The notes: generated from the letters alone by a model not told the origin. A stretch of 64,000 bases of DNA from a bacterium (GCA_043767845.1 JAYUFZ010000018.1:3312-67311), one strand, 5' to 3'. Positions 38,940-49,757 are shown, counted from the first letter of the stretch. Translations and numbers: made by a program.

Positions 38940-39621
38940 AGTAGAAGTACCAACTCTTACCGAAATGCTGGCTCATAAGACCTAGCCCGCGGTTGAGCAC
39001 CGGTGTCTTAGCCCAAGTTTTGAAGAAACTATTTAGAACGCGGTCTACGCCACTATGATTGAGTATCTTGCCAGTATGATCAGACTTACTGCGTAGCAGG
39101 GCGTGGAAGAACCAAGATATAGCTGGTACGAAGTTCTTGGTTTCGATCTTTAAGACTCGATATCCTGCGGCTTCAATAAGCTCCTTGAGCTGGCGCTTGG
39201 AAAATATTTTGACGTGGGTAGCGTTACTTGCATAACCTGGATGTAGACGCCAATAAACCCTCTCGGTGTAGCCGGTGGGTACGCCTATACACAATACCCC
39301 GCCTGGTTTGAGCACTCGATTAACCTCCTGTAGCAGTTGCTCGGTAGGCTTGATGTGCTCAATCACCTCTAGTAAGATGGCGCCGTCGAAAGAATTTGCC
39401 TTAAAAGGCATGTTTGTTGCATCACCTTCAATAATAGTGATGCCTTTAGCTGCTGCGTTGTTATTGAAGTCTTCGACAAGGTTTGGGTCAATTTCAATGG
39501 CCGTAATTGTCGCTCCCTTAGCCTTAAGGGCAATAGAATTGTGACCTTCAGCCGAGCCTATGTCTAGAAGATGAAGGCCCTTGCTTGCCGGAAAGATTAT
39601 TGGATTAATATTCTCAATCAT
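38923..39621 (-). CDS. Class I SAM-dependent methyltransferase
   Basis: LDIGSAEG, MPF..NSFD, EVIEHI, RVLKPGG. Confidence 0.88.
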   Translation of the reverse strand: MIENINPIIFPASKGLHLLDIGSAEGHNSIALKAKGATITAIEIDPNLVEDFNNNAAAKGITIIEGDATNMPFKANSFDGAILLEVIEHIKPTEQLLQEVNRVLKPGGVLCIGVPTGYTERVYWRLHPGYASNATHVKIFSKRQLKELIEAAGYRVLKIETKNFVPAISWFFHALLRSKSDHTGKILNHSGVDRVLNSFFKTWAKTPVLNRGLGLMSQHFGKSWYFYCEKIA

Positions 39622-40411
39622 TTCGTACTCGCTCCCAGTCCTTATATTGTTGGTCTATTGAGGGCTTCTGCTGTAGCTCCCAGAGCCTGGCGTAAACAAC
39701 AAACCAAGACAATGGACGATATAGCATCTCGATTACCCCGGGCGCTCCATCACGGTAGATGCGTTGTTTTATAGCCAACTTATAAAACTCCCGCAGCATA
39801 ACTCCGACTAGTGTCCTACGTGTTACGGGCGGATGGCCAGTCTGGAGCATCTCATGAGCCTGGATATTGGCGTACTGCATGGTTTTGGGTAGATTATCCA
39901 TGACTGAGCGGTGCGAGAAATGAGCTACGGGTAGGTTTATGAAGCCAGTTTTTGGAGTACTCACTCTAAAAACCAGCTGCTCATGTATATCGCCCTCATA
40001 GCGCGCTGCCTCGTGTAGAAATAGCCGGGTGTGGATTTCTTGGCTGTCGCAATAAACCATCTTGTGTCCGTAGTAGTAGTTCTGCCATGGCATAGTATAA
40101 GCATCATAATCTCCTTCTAGCGCCGTGCGGATGGCCTGGGCTAATGACTTAGAGATTCGTTCATCTGCATCAAGGATAAAAACCCAATCACCACTACAGG
40201 CATCTATAAGCTTGTTCTTGGCCACCGAGAATCCTTTGGCAGTATCTATAGTAATCACCTTGGCACCCGATTTTGTTGCTAAAGCCTGGGTCATATCGGT
40301 ACTAGTAGAATCAATGCCTACGACTATCTCATCTGCCCATCTGGCGCTTTCTAGTGCGCCGCCGATCATAAACTGTTCATTTTTGGCGAGTATCGCGATA
40401 GATAGTTTCAT
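39614..40411 (-). CDS. GT2 glycosyltransferase
   Basis: AKNE, STDMT, LDADE, IHE. Confidence 0.9.
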   Translation of the reverse strand: MKLSIAILAKNEQFMIGGALESARWADEIVVGIDSTSTDMTQALATKSGAKVITIDTAKGFSVAKNKLIDACSGDWVFILDADERISKSLAQAIRTALEGDYDAYTMPWQNYYYGHKMVYCDSQEIHTRLFLHEAARYEGDIHEQLVFRVSTPKTGFINLPVAHFSHRSVMDNLPKTMQYANIQAHEMLQTGHPPVTRRTLVGVMLREFYKLAIKQRIYRDGAPGVIEMLYRPLSWFVVYARLWELQQKPSIDQQYKDWERVRND

Positions 40412-41862
40412 GAAGCCCTCACCAGTTGTTTTATCTCATCAATATTAAACTGCTTGGTAGTAATTGCCAAGGCTGCATAGCTAACTACCCCGATAGCAAC
40501 ACAGAGCACAAGTACGAGGATATTGCTATAGCCTCTAGTGACTAAAAAATCTCTAGCCAAGTATACGGCTATACCCATCGCAATAGCATTTAATAAGGCT
40601 GGTAGGTGTAGCTTCAGGCTGTCGGGCGCGACAAGCCATTTTCTATAATAATAGCGCAGTAGAAAAAGCTGTAGCCCTTCGGTTAGCACAACTGAAGTCG
40701 CAGCACCGGCCAGGCCCCATAGGGGTATGGCGACTAAATTGAGGATTATATTTGTACTAATAGTGATATAGGTAAGCCTCAGCAGACGTTTTTGGTAGTT
40801 AGCTGCAATTAAGCTACTGGAATAAACTGCATTGAAATAAATTAGGTAGTTACCAAGCATTAGGATCGACATCGGCAGTGCTGCTCCTATGAACGCTTTA
40901 CCCCCTAGTAATATCGAGATATTCGATGAAAGGATAATGACGCCTACAGTTATGGGAGCCGCTGCCATACCAAGTAGGCGTGTCGACTTGATGGTTAAGT
41001 CGTGCAGCTTTGCTGGGTCTTCTACGACCCGACACATGAGAGGATAGACTGCCCCCATGAAGAATATTGGAAAAGACATGGTTAGCTCGATCACTTTATA
41101 GGCGATGCCGTAGATGCCGACTTGGGCGCTCGTCAGGAATAGTGATATTAAAAAACTGTCTGCCCGAAAGTAGATAGTATTTAAGATGCTAGCTACAGCA
41201 AGAGGTACAGTTAACCCGATAATATAGCGTAGGTACCGCGGGTCGTAACGTATAACCGGGCGGCTGGCTGCGAGTCCAAGACACATGTCGCTCGTAAAGT
41301 TTACTGTTGCTCCGGCTAGCGTCGCCAGAATTAATCCATGGAAACCAAGGTCCCTGGAGATGACGTAGTAAGTAAGTGCGATAGTAGTGATACGCCCCAA
41401 TATATCGCCAATAACGATCAGATCATTACGCAGACGGGCGACAAGTGTTGAAGTGACGGTGCTTTGAAGGGTCGCCAGGATGAGTGTAATACTCAGGTAG
41501 GCGATCGCTTGGCGTGTATAGGCTTGACCACTCATATGGTACAGTAGGCTGCCTGATGCAGCTGCTACTATAGCAATGAAAATAGAGACTAGAACTCGTA
41601 AGAATAGAATACTGCCAATTATTTCCGCCGCTGGCCGTTTATTCTGGGCTAATTCACGAATTGTAATATTGCTAATGCCAGCATCGGTCAGGGTGGCAAA
41701 CAGGCCTATAAAAATTGCGGCTGTAGCGAGCTGGCCATAATTCGTAACACCAAGGTAGCGAGTAGACAGGCTGATCACTAGAATACCTAGCCCAGATACC
41801 ACAATGCGACCAACGATTTGGGCAACAGAATTATAGGCTACACGCTGGCTATTAGTCGCCAT
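40408..41862 (-). CDS. Wzx-like oligosaccharide flippase
   Basis: RYLG...YG, D.GI, IYFRAD...S, VGIYGIAY, IP.WG..GAA; many TM segments. Confidence 0.9.
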   Translation of the reverse strand: MATNSQRVAYNSVAQIVGRIVVSGLGILVISLSTRYLGVTNYGQLATAAIFIGLFATLTDAGISNITIRELAQNKRPAAEIIGSILFLRVLVSIFIAIVAAASGSLLYHMSGQAYTRQAIAYLSITLILATLQSTVTSTLVARLRNDLIVIGDILGRITTIALTYYVISRDLGFHGLILATLAGATVNFTSDMCLGLAASRPVIRYDPRYLRYIIGLTVPLAVASILNTIYFRADSFLISLFLTSAQVGIYGIAYKVIELTMSFPIFFMGAVYPLMCRVVEDPAKLHDLTIKSTRLLGMAAAPITVGVIILSSNISILLGGKAFIGAALPMSILMLGNYLIYFNAVYSSSLIAANYQKRLLRLTYITISTNIILNLVAIPLWGLAGAATSVVLTEGLQLFLLRYYYRKWLVAPDSLKLHLPALLNAIAMGIAVYLARDFLVTRGYSNILVLVLCVAIGVVSYAALAITTKQFNIDEIKQLVRAS

Positions 41863-41938
41863 AGGTTGATAACAAGACTAAATAAGGCACATTCATATAG
41901 ACAGTTTAACAGAGTCCGGGCCGTTTTTCTGGGGCCGG

Positions 41939-42871
41939 CTAGCGGCTTTTCTTGCTATCCAGATCTATGAGTGGCAGCTTATCAAGAATATTCCAAGCCT
42001 CTGTATCCGTCATGTCGATAAACTCTCCGGCATCATTCTTACTTTCGCGATGCTTGCCGCGTACATAACCTTCTTCGGGGGTCAGCTTCTTAAGTGTAGC
42101 CGGCAAGAGATCGTTTCGCACGAAGAAAGCATTGAGGCCCTGACTATTGCAGCCAATAAAAGAGTATCCCTTGGTTTCGGCTAGCTGGCACAGACCAGCC
42201 AGCGAGGCTCCGTAGTAGATTAGCGGATTACCGGGTTTGGTGCGTACAAAAGTGGATTGATAGGGTATCGTTACCGCTCGCTTGTTCCCATAACGGTAGT
42301 TATACTCAGTAATTACTATGGCAGGATTAAGGTCGTCGATAGCTTGCCATATCCAGTAATCGTTACCGTCAATATCGATAGACAGTATACCGATTTCCCC
42401 GACCATTCCGTTATCGGCAAGTAGCTGGTTGATATTATCCTTTGTGATAAATGAGCAGATTGCCTTGAGTCCGTAGCCCCAGAAAACACTGTCGGATTTA
42501 ATCTTGTTTATGTTACCGTGGTCTCCATCAATTACCAGGCCATCCCAACGATCGTTCAGTAACAAAAAACGAGTATTTGCTTCTTTGTAGTCCTCAACAC
42601 CGAACTCGACAAAAGACTTATTCTTGATTGGTACTTCATGTATTAGCCGCTGAATTATACCGTCTTCTCCCCACTGCGAAAAAGCTCGAAATTCTGACAG
42701 CTGTACGTTCGGCCCATCGAGGCCTGCTAGCTGGCGATTTTCGATGCGACCCAAGGCTTCGCGTATTAATTCTAGCTGTCGATCGAGCTGTATCTGCTCA
42801 ATAGTGTCGGTAATCTTCTGCGATCCACTTAACCGACGTATAGTCCTGAGTAATTTTGATTTAAAGGGCAT
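41939..42871 (-). CDS. FkbM-like methyltransferase
   Basis: SQWGEDGII, FVEFG, LSIDIDGNDYWIW, NAFFV. Confidence 0.75.
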   Translation of the reverse strand: MPFKSKLLRTIRRLSGSQKITDTIEQIQLDRQLELIREALGRIENRQLAGLDGPNVQLSEFRAFSQWGEDGIIQRLIHEVPIKNKSFVEFGVEDYKEANTRFLLLNDRWDGLVIDGDHGNINKIKSDSVFWGYGLKAICSFITKDNINQLLADNGMVGEIGILSIDIDGNDYWIWQAIDDLNPAIVITEYNYRYGNKRAVTIPYQSTFVRTKPGNPLIYYGASLAGLCQLAETKGYSFIGCNSQGLNAFFVRNDLLPATLKKLTPEEGYVRGKHRESKNDAGEFIDMTDTEAWNILDKLPLIDLDSKKSR

Positions 42872-42934
42872 TACAATACATCCTCGTTAGACTTTCAATT
42901 AGTATAAGGCATAAGTCCCTAATCTTGATATGGA

Positions 42935-45451
42935 CTAACGGAGGATTACCTGCAAGAAAGTGCCAGGGTCATTCATCGTGCTACCGCCCTCTACGATAGG
43001 CTGGTAATACTCTATATAGGTACCATTCGGTAGTCCAGGCGAGCGAGTATACAGGAAGCTGAATTGGGCCGATTCACCGGGTGCTACGATATGGGGATTG
43101 ATTGAATAGGCGCTACCATCGGCTTTATAGACACTCGCAAACTGGCCTGTCGGCCTATTTTGGTCTGGGTTCCAGGTAGATCCGAGGTTATCGCGCCGAT
43201 TAATTGGACGGCTAGTAGCTAGGTGGACGGGTCTCTTGCCTGCCCCGGGGGCGCTGATATCATCATACCAAGGAATGTTGCCGTTGTTCTTATAGGTAAT
43301 GAAGCCGATCGCCGTGCTACCTGCCGTACCTAGGACAGGATAGTTAGATTGAGTTACGTATTGCGAGCTGTAGTAGCCTGCAATGAGCGTCACATCCAAG
43401 AAAGTACCCGGATCGTTCATGAGGCTACCTCCCTCGACTATTGGCCTAAACCACTCCCGGGAGACGGTGGTAATGGGTACCGGGTCGGAGGCAATACTGA
43501 AGCTGAAGCGGGCTGATTCACCTGGTAGCACGACGTGAGGGTTGGCTCCATAAGGATTGCCATGAGAGTCGAAGACGGTATTGAAGTTGTAGGCCGCTCG
43601 GTTCTGGTCGCCACCCCAACGCATCCCTACGGCGCTTCGGCGGTTGATTGGGTTAGCGGTTGCTAAGTGGACGGGCCTACTGCCGGCCGCCGCCGAGCTT
43701 AGGCCTAGGTCGTCGTACCAGGGCATGTTACCGGTGTTGGTATACTCGATATATCCAGTGGCGACTTCATTGCCAGATAGTACGCTGGGATAGCCAGACT
43801 GCCCATGATAGGCTGACATCCAGGTTGGCGCGCCGACACTTACATCCAAGAATGTACCAGAATCATTGATGCTCGAGCCGTTGTCCGGATACAGCTGGAA
43901 CCACTCACGATAGTTGCCCGCCGAGATATTGCCTGGGGCATCGAAATTGAAGCCTAGCTTCACTATCTGGCCAGGTACGGCCTGGTGTTGGCTGGCCGCC
44001 AGAGTAGTGCCATCGGCCTCATAGACAGCTGTAAAGCCGGTGGCCGGGATGTTGCGGCCAGTCCCCCAATTGACTCCAAACTGGGAGCTGCGATCCTTGG
44101 CACGGCTGGTACCCAGGTAGACGTGAGTTTGGCCGGAAATAGTATTGTCGTACCAATTTAGGTTGCCGGTGTTCTTGAAGGTGAAGTAAGCTGGCGCGCT
44201 TGCCCCGGGAAGCAGTGACGGGTAGCTCGATTGGCTGACATAGGTCGAATTATACGTTGGTGTCACGCTCACATCCAGGAACGTGCCTGGGTCGTTCATG
44301 GTCGAACCACCTTCTAGGATTGGCTGGAAGTATTCCCGGTAGGTGCCCGGTACTAGGCTTATGGGGGCCGTGAGGGTGAAACTAAATTTCACGGATTCGG
44401 CTGGCTGGACGGCGTGCGGATTGACGCTGTAGGCGCTGCCATCGGATTTATAGACCGTCGCAAAGACCATTGCTGGACGGTTTTGGTCACGGTTCCAGCC
44501 CGTTCCTAGCCGGCTGGTACGGTTAATAGGCTGGCCGGTTGAGAGGTGGACAGGCAGGGCACTCACGCCAGCTGCAGAAACATCATCGTACCAGGGCTGG
44601 TTGCCGGCATTTTGATAGGTCAAATATACAGTGGTCGTGCCGCCAGCTGTAAGCGTTGGATACGAAGACTGGCCTTTATAGGCCGACAGATAATTACCCG
44701 CCCAAGTCGTCCCGAACCAACTATTAAAGAAGCTTATGAAGTTATAATTGCCATAGTAGTAGGTACCGCTAACAAGCGTGTAAGCGCTGTCTGGGCGGTG
44801 GGGGGTGTAATTGTAGAGCGAGCCGGTGGCGCAGGTTTGCAAGAACGTATCGCGGCCATCTACCGGAGTCGTGTTACCTCTTGCCCACTTGCTATTTACC
44901 GACCAGCTGGGGAAGGAGGTGGTATTACCACAGTCACGGTCTTGGCCAACCTTGAGTAATGTCGCTCCTAGGTGGACTTGGTTGTAAAAACCGTAATACT
45001 GGGCATCGCAAACACTCTGAGTCTCGGGGCAGCCGTAGCCCATGGCTGATTTATATTGGCTGGGATAGGGCCAGGTATCAGTCACTAGGCTTTGTTCTTT
45101 TTGCAGAGTCACCAGTATGACCTGCGGGTTTAGCCCAGCAGCCATTGCTTCGTCATATATTAAGCGAGCTGCCGACTTGCTAGTGGTTGGGTCAATGTAG
45201 TCCTTCAAACAGACGTAGGGCACTGTGGCTCCGCCATGATAAGAATCGCAAGTCGGAACCTTGCCATTGAGAAAGTTCTGGATATCGGCGACCGACATTG
45301 TGGCGGTGTTGGCGAACACAAAATCGTCGATAATCCGTGAATTGTAGGCTGGGTCGACAATCGGAGTGTTGGCATAGCCCATGGCGGCCTGCGCACCGAA
45401 TAGGCCGGCGGCGATAATAAGGTATTTAAGGATTCGTATAGCTTGTTTCAT
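42935..45451 (-). CDS. Secreted cell-surface protein: putative lysozyme-like N-terminal domain plus four ~145 aa Ig-like repeats
   Basis: Signal peptide; NPQVILVTLQKEQ..MGYGCP..LYNYTPH; four repeats each ending ND[PS]GTFL[DQ]V. Confidence 0.7.
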   Translation of the reverse strand: MKQAIRILKYLIIAAGLFGAQAAMGYANTPIVDPAYNSRIIDDFVFANTATMSVADIQNFLNGKVPTCDSYHGGATVPYVCLKDYIDPTTSKSAARLIYDEAMAAGLNPQVILVTLQKEQSLVTDTWPYPSQYKSAMGYGCPETQSVCDAQYYGFYNQVHLGATLLKVGQDRDCGNTTSFPSWSVNSKWARGNTTPVDGRDTFLQTCATGSLYNYTPHRPDSAYTLVSGTYYYGNYNFISFFNSWFGTTWAGNYLSAYKGQSSYPTLTAGGTTTVYLTYQNAGNQPWYDDVSAAGVSALPVHLSTGQPINRTSRLGTGWNRDQNRPAMVFATVYKSDGSAYSVNPHAVQPAESVKFSFTLTAPISLVPGTYREYFQPILEGGSTMNDPGTFLDVSVTPTYNSTYVSQSSYPSLLPGASAPAYFTFKNTGNLNWYDNTISGQTHVYLGTSRAKDRSSQFGVNWGTGRNIPATGFTAVYEADGTTLAASQHQAVPGQIVKLGFNFDAPGNISAGNYREWFQLYPDNGSSINDSGTFLDVSVGAPTWMSAYHGQSGYPSVLSGNEVATGYIEYTNTGNMPWYDDLGLSSAAAGSRPVHLATANPINRRSAVGMRWGGDQNRAAYNFNTVFDSHGNPYGANPHVVLPGESARFSFSIASDPVPITTVSREWFRPIVEGGSLMNDPGTFLDVTLIAGYYSSQYVTQSNYPVLGTAGSTAIGFITYKNNGNIPWYDDISAPGAGKRPVHLATSRPINRRDNLGSTWNPDQNRPTGQFASVYKADGSAYSINPHIVAPGESAQFSFLYTRSPGLPNGTYIEYYQPIVEGGSTMNDPGTFLQVILR

Positions 45452-45453
45452 GC

Positions 45454-46011
45454 TTAGAAATTCACCGCTACATCGGCGACATTTATTTCTGAGGAGTCGG
45501 TTGGGCTAATACTAAAGACCTGTAGCTCTCCGCTGTCGCCGGCCTTGGCCTGGCTGGTAAAAGCTAACTCAAAAGAAAAATTCTGGGTAATAGTTGGATC
45601 ACCGGTGAGCGCAAAAATACCCTCCCCCAGCTGGCCTGATGACACTGCCTTGACGCGCCAATGCAGTTTGCCATCGACGACCTTCGCTTGGCCGGTAACT
45701 TTGGTGCCAGAAGTAACAGTCGCGCCGTTTGAGGGGCTCAGGATAGTGACGAGTCCAGAGGCGCTCGACTGCGGTGGAGCAGGAGTGGGAGTGGGGCTTG
45801 AGCTAATTGGCAGGGGCGTGATCACGGTTGTCGGCGTGCCAGGTTCGTCAGCTTTCGGTCGGTAGGCGGTATCTTGAGGGGTGGGGGTGGTTGACTTGCT
45901 GAGACCGCCTCGAGTATTGACCTTGGTATAGCTAGCATATAAAACCCCACCTGCGGCGACGAGTCCCAGGATGAGAACGATCCAATTTTTACGGTCACTG
46001 GCAAATGACAT
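45454..46011 (-). CDS. Membrane-anchored Ig-like (Gmad2-like) protein with Pro/Thr linker
   Basis: N-terminal TM segment, PT-rich linker, ILSPSNGATV...VTGQA. Confidence 0.55.
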   Translation of the reverse strand: MSFASDRKNWIVLILGLVAAGGVLYASYTKVNTRGGLSKSTTPTPQDTAYRPKADEPGTPTTVITPLPISSSPTPTPAPPQSSASGLVTILSPSNGATVTSGTKVTGQAKVVDGKLHWRVKAVSSGQLGEGIFALTGDPTITQNFSFELAFTSQAKAGDSGELQVFSISPTDSSEINVADVAVNF

Positions 46012-46106
46012 ACACACCCTCGTATCTAGCTGATTATACCATAGGCGGCGGGTAGGGCGGCTGGGTGCGGTGCCCAGTTCGGTGAATGGTTTGCTACAAT
46101 AGGCAT

Positions 46107-47147
46107 ATGATTATCTGCATTATCGCCGGAGGGTCGGGTACTAGGTTGTGGCCGTTGTCGCAGCCAAACTACCCCAAGCACTTACTGCGCCTGACTGGCA
46201 AAACTTCGATGCTCCAGAACACTTTCGCCCGGGCCAAGGGCCTAACCGACGACATCTATATCATTACCGAGGCTTCGCACGCCGCCGAAGTGCGCGAACA
46301 ATTGCCGGATCTTGAGGTAAGCCATGTTTTAGTCGAACCGGGGCGGCGGGGGACGGCCTCCTGCATCGCTTTGGCGCTGGCCATCATTAGTCGTGACCAG
46401 CCCGACGAAACAGTCGTATTCTTGCACGCCGACCACCACATTATAGATACCGAGGGTTTTGGGACTACCGTACGAGCCGCCGCCCAGTCCTCTGAGCTTG
46501 ATAGCCGGATTGCACTCATAGGCCTAGAACCTACCCATGCCGCCACCGGCTTTGGCTATATCAAAAGTGGTCGGGAAGTCCGCAATGTTGATGGCATCAG
46601 TGTCCGCACCGCTGAGCGTTTTGTCGAGAAGCCAAGTTTCGAAGTAGCTGAAGGCTATCTGGCAGAGGGTAATTATCTATGGAACTTAGGATTGTTTGCC
46701 GCTCCTGTGGCTGTCTTTGTTCGCGCCATGCGCCGTCATGCGCCAGACTTGTTCGCAGGTTTTGAGCGCTTGCGGCAGAGTGAAACTGAGGAGGATCTGG
46801 CGAGCGCCTATCTCGATCTCGCCAATCAGGCCATAGACTACGCCCTGATGGAAAAGATTGATGATTTGCTGGTGGTGCCAGGCCGCTTTGACTGGGCCGA
46901 TATCGGCTCCTACTTCGACCTCCATAAGATTCTCCAGGGCGTTGATAGTAATGCTTTGTCTGGCGACATCTACCAGATCGACTGTAGCGACAGTATGATT
47001 CATGGCTCCGGCAAGCCCATCGTGGCCATTGGGCTGTCGGGTATCGTAGTAGTCGACACCCCCGACGGCCTGCTGGTCTGCGCCAAGGACCAATCGCAGC
47101 TAGTCGGTGACATGGTCAAGCAATTGCAGGCCAAAAAAGCCGCCTAG
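46107..47147 (+). CDS. manC: Mannose-1-phosphate guanylyltransferase
   Basis: IAGGSGTRLWPLS..PK, EP.RRGTA, ADH, TGFGYI, FVEKP, IDYALME, W.DIGS. Confidence 0.93.
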   Translation: MIICIIAGGSGTRLWPLSQPNYPKHLLRLTGKTSMLQNTFARAKGLTDDIYIITEASHAAEVREQLPDLEVSHVLVEPGRRGTASCIALALAIISRDQPDETVVFLHADHHIIDTEGFGTTVRAAAQSSELDSRIALIGLEPTHAATGFGYIKSGREVRNVDGISVRTAERFVEKPSFEVAEGYLAEGNYLWNLGLFAAPVAVFVRAMRRHAPDLFAGFERLRQSETEEDLASAYLDLANQAIDYALMEKIDDLLVVPGRFDWADIGSYFDLHKILQGVDSNALSGDIYQIDCSDSMIHGSGKPIVAIGLSGIVVVDTPDGLLVCAKDQSQLVGDMVKQLQAKKAA

Positions 47148-47185
47148 CTACGGTTATTGAGCCTATTCATATATAATGAATAGCA

Positions 47186-49054
47186 ATGGCAAAAAAAGTC
47201 GTAAACACAACCGAAGTAAGCAGTAGCCTGGCACCAAAAGCCAAAAAAGCCAAAGTCATAACGGCTGCCCCAGTCCCCGAAGTCGCTCCCGATGAGACTG
47301 TTTTTGAGCTACCCGCCCCCGAGGGCCAGGCCGACTGGATGCAGTTGCTTGGCGGACTATTGGCGCTGGCGCTTGTCGCCATGGCCTTGGTCGGCGGCTT
47401 TGAGCTGCTCTACCGGGGTAAGGTCTATCCCGGCGTGCGCGCCGAGGGCGTTTATCTCGGCGGCTTGACCCGCGAGCAGGCTAAGGCTGCCCTGGCTACC
47501 CGTCTCGACCAATTCTCCCACGAGCAAATCCCTGTGACCTACGGCAATACCACCTTGCGGGTGAGCGTTGCCCAGCTTGAGACTAAGTATGATACCGACA
47601 AAATCACTAGAGAGGCGCTGAGCTTCGGTCGCAACGCCAGTTGGCCAATCCGTTTGCACGAGCAGGCCCGGGCACTGTTTGGCCGCTCCACCAGCCTAAG
47701 CAGCGTGAGCTTCAATATAGCCCGCCTACTACCCTACCTAAACCAGATCGATGACGACCTCAATCGGCCAGTAGCCAATGCCCAACTCAACTTTGTGAGT
47801 GGCAAAGTGGCGGTGGTGGCCGCCAAGGCTGGCCAACGCCTGGATCGTGGCCTGCTTGTCGCCCAGCTGGCCAGCGCGCTTGAGCTAACATCGGTCGAAG
47901 ACATTGAGGCGCCATATTATCGCCTGGCACCAATTGTTGAAACCACCGACCTAGAAGGTGCCAAGGATCAAGCTAGTCGCTATTTGGATACTCCGTTGAC
48001 GCTAAAGGCCGACACGGTTACGCAGACCGTTGAGCCGGGGGACATTATTAACTGGCTGCATTTTGGCGATCCGCACCGCTCTGAAATTACCGGCTCCTTC
48101 CCGGTCAACGACTACTACCAGCTGAATCGCACGACTACCTTGAGCTTCGACGACGCTAAGCTGGAGGCCTATGTGGCCGAGCTAGCTACTCATATAGACC
48201 GTCCCGCCCAGAACGCCCAACTGTCGATCGTCGATGGTAAGGCGACGGTATTTGTGCTCAGCCGCAATGGTATGAAACTCGACCAGGCTGGATCGGTGAC
48301 GGCCATCCAGAAGGCCCTTGATACTACCGGAAGTGAGCGGACCGTAGCGCTCCCAACCGCTGTCGCCAAGGCCGAGATCAATGAAGATACGCTGAACAAT
48401 CTGGGTATCAAAGAGCTCATCAGCGAAGGCACCACCTACTTCCCTGGCTCGCCCTCTACCCGTCTCATCAACGTCCGCGCCGGCGCTAGCAAAATGAACG
48501 GTGTGCTCATTAAGCCTGGCGAAACCTGGTCGTTCGACGAAGCGCTGGGACCGATCGGCCCCGAAACCGGCTATGTGCCAGAATTAGTCATTCTCAATAA
48601 CCACGAAGAAAAGCAGTATGGCGGGGGACTGTGCCAAGTTTCCAGCACGGCCTACCGCGCGGCACTGCTGGCCGGCCTGCCGATCGTCCAACGCCAGAAC
48701 CACTCTTTTGCCATTAGCTATTACACCGCGCCGTTTGGCGTCCCAGGCGTCGATGCTACTATTTACCCGCCCGATGTTGACCTGAAATTCACCAACGACA
48801 CCGGCAGCTACATCCTCATCCAGACCATTATGAAGGGCACCACCCTGACCTTCCAGTACTACGGCACCAAAACCAAGTCCGGCGTCATCCGTGGACCATT
48901 CTTCGTGAGCGGTACCACCGACACCACCCAGCCCTCGCACACCATATTCTATAGAGACGTCCTCGACCTGGCTGGCAATGTCATTAAGACCGACGCCACC
49001 AACACCTGGTATAAATCCAGCAAGGATTTTCCGATCACGCAGCAAATTAATTAA
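47186..49054 (+). CDS. VanW family protein with PG-binding_4 repeats
   Basis: GGGLCQVSSTAYRA, NHS, DATIY...DLKF.ND; N-terminal TM segment. Confidence 0.9.
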   Translation: MAKKVVNTTEVSSSLAPKAKKAKVITAAPVPEVAPDETVFELPAPEGQADWMQLLGGLLALALVAMALVGGFELLYRGKVYPGVRAEGVYLGGLTREQAKAALATRLDQFSHEQIPVTYGNTTLRVSVAQLETKYDTDKITREALSFGRNASWPIRLHEQARALFGRSTSLSSVSFNIARLLPYLNQIDDDLNRPVANAQLNFVSGKVAVVAAKAGQRLDRGLLVAQLASALELTSVEDIEAPYYRLAPIVETTDLEGAKDQASRYLDTPLTLKADTVTQTVEPGDIINWLHFGDPHRSEITGSFPVNDYYQLNRTTTLSFDDAKLEAYVAELATHIDRPAQNAQLSIVDGKATVFVLSRNGMKLDQAGSVTAIQKALDTTGSERTVALPTAVAKAEINEDTLNNLGIKELISEGTTYFPGSPSTRLINVRAGASKMNGVLIKPGETWSFDEALGPIGPETGYVPELVILNNHEEKQYGGGLCQVSSTAYRAALLAGLPIVQRQNHSFAISYYTAPFGVPGVDATIYPPDVDLKFTNDTGSYILIQTIMKGTTLTFQYYGTKTKSGVIRGPFFVSGTTDTTQPSHTIFYRDVLDLAGNVIKTDATNTWYKSSKDFPITQQIN

Positions 49055-49055
49055 G

Positions 49056-49757
49056 ATGAAACTGCTCCTCACCTCCAACGGCCTATCCAATCCGTCTATT
49101 GCCAACGCGCTTGAAGAGCTGGTCGGCAAGCCGCGTGAACAGATCAAGATCGCCTTCATTCCGACTGCGGCATTTCCCGAAGATGATGATGAGCACGAAT
49201 CCAGGGACTGGCTTATCGACGATTTATACCGGATTAAAGAGTTCTGCGGTTTTATTGATGTCGTAAGCCTGGCCGATCTTCCCAAGCAAGTGGTTATGGC
49301 TCGGCTTGAATATGTCGATGTCATCTTCGTAGGTGGAGGCAATACTTTCTACCTGAGTTATTGGATGGAAAAAATCGGTTTATTTGATTCCCTACCTAAG
49401 TTTCTCGAGACAAGAGTCTATGCCGGCATCAGTGCTGGTAGTATGATCGCCACCGCGAGTATCCGGACCGCTTCGCAGGCAATCGAAGACACTGGTAAAT
49501 ACTATGATGAATTATACGATGAGCTCGGACCGAAAGGGCAGTCGGCTGGCCGCGCAGCTCAGCTGGTTGATTTTGCTTTGCGGCCCCATTTTGGCAGTGT
49601 CAGCTTCCCGAATGTTAAAGGCGACTTCTTACAGGCGATCGCCGATGACACCAAGCTGCCTTTGTATGCCATCGATGACAATAGTGCCATTAAGGTGGTA
49701 GACGGTGCGATCGAGGTTATAAGCGAAGGCCAATGGGAGCTATTTAATCCCGCCTGA
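49056..49757 (+). CDS. Peptidase S51 (dipeptidase E-like)
   Basis: FIPTA, GGGNTFYL, GISAGS, PHF. Confidence 0.88.
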   Translation: MKLLLTSNGLSNPSIANALEELVGKPREQIKIAFIPTAAFPEDDDEHESRDWLIDDLYRIKEFCGFIDVVSLADLPKQVVMARLEYVDVIFVGGGNTFYLSYWMEKIGLFDSLPKFLETRVYAGISAGSMIATASIRTASQAIEDTGKYYDELYDELGPKGQSAGRAAQLVDFALRPHFGSVSFPNVKGDFLQAIADDTKLPLYAIDDNSAIKVVDGAIEVISEGQWELFNPA

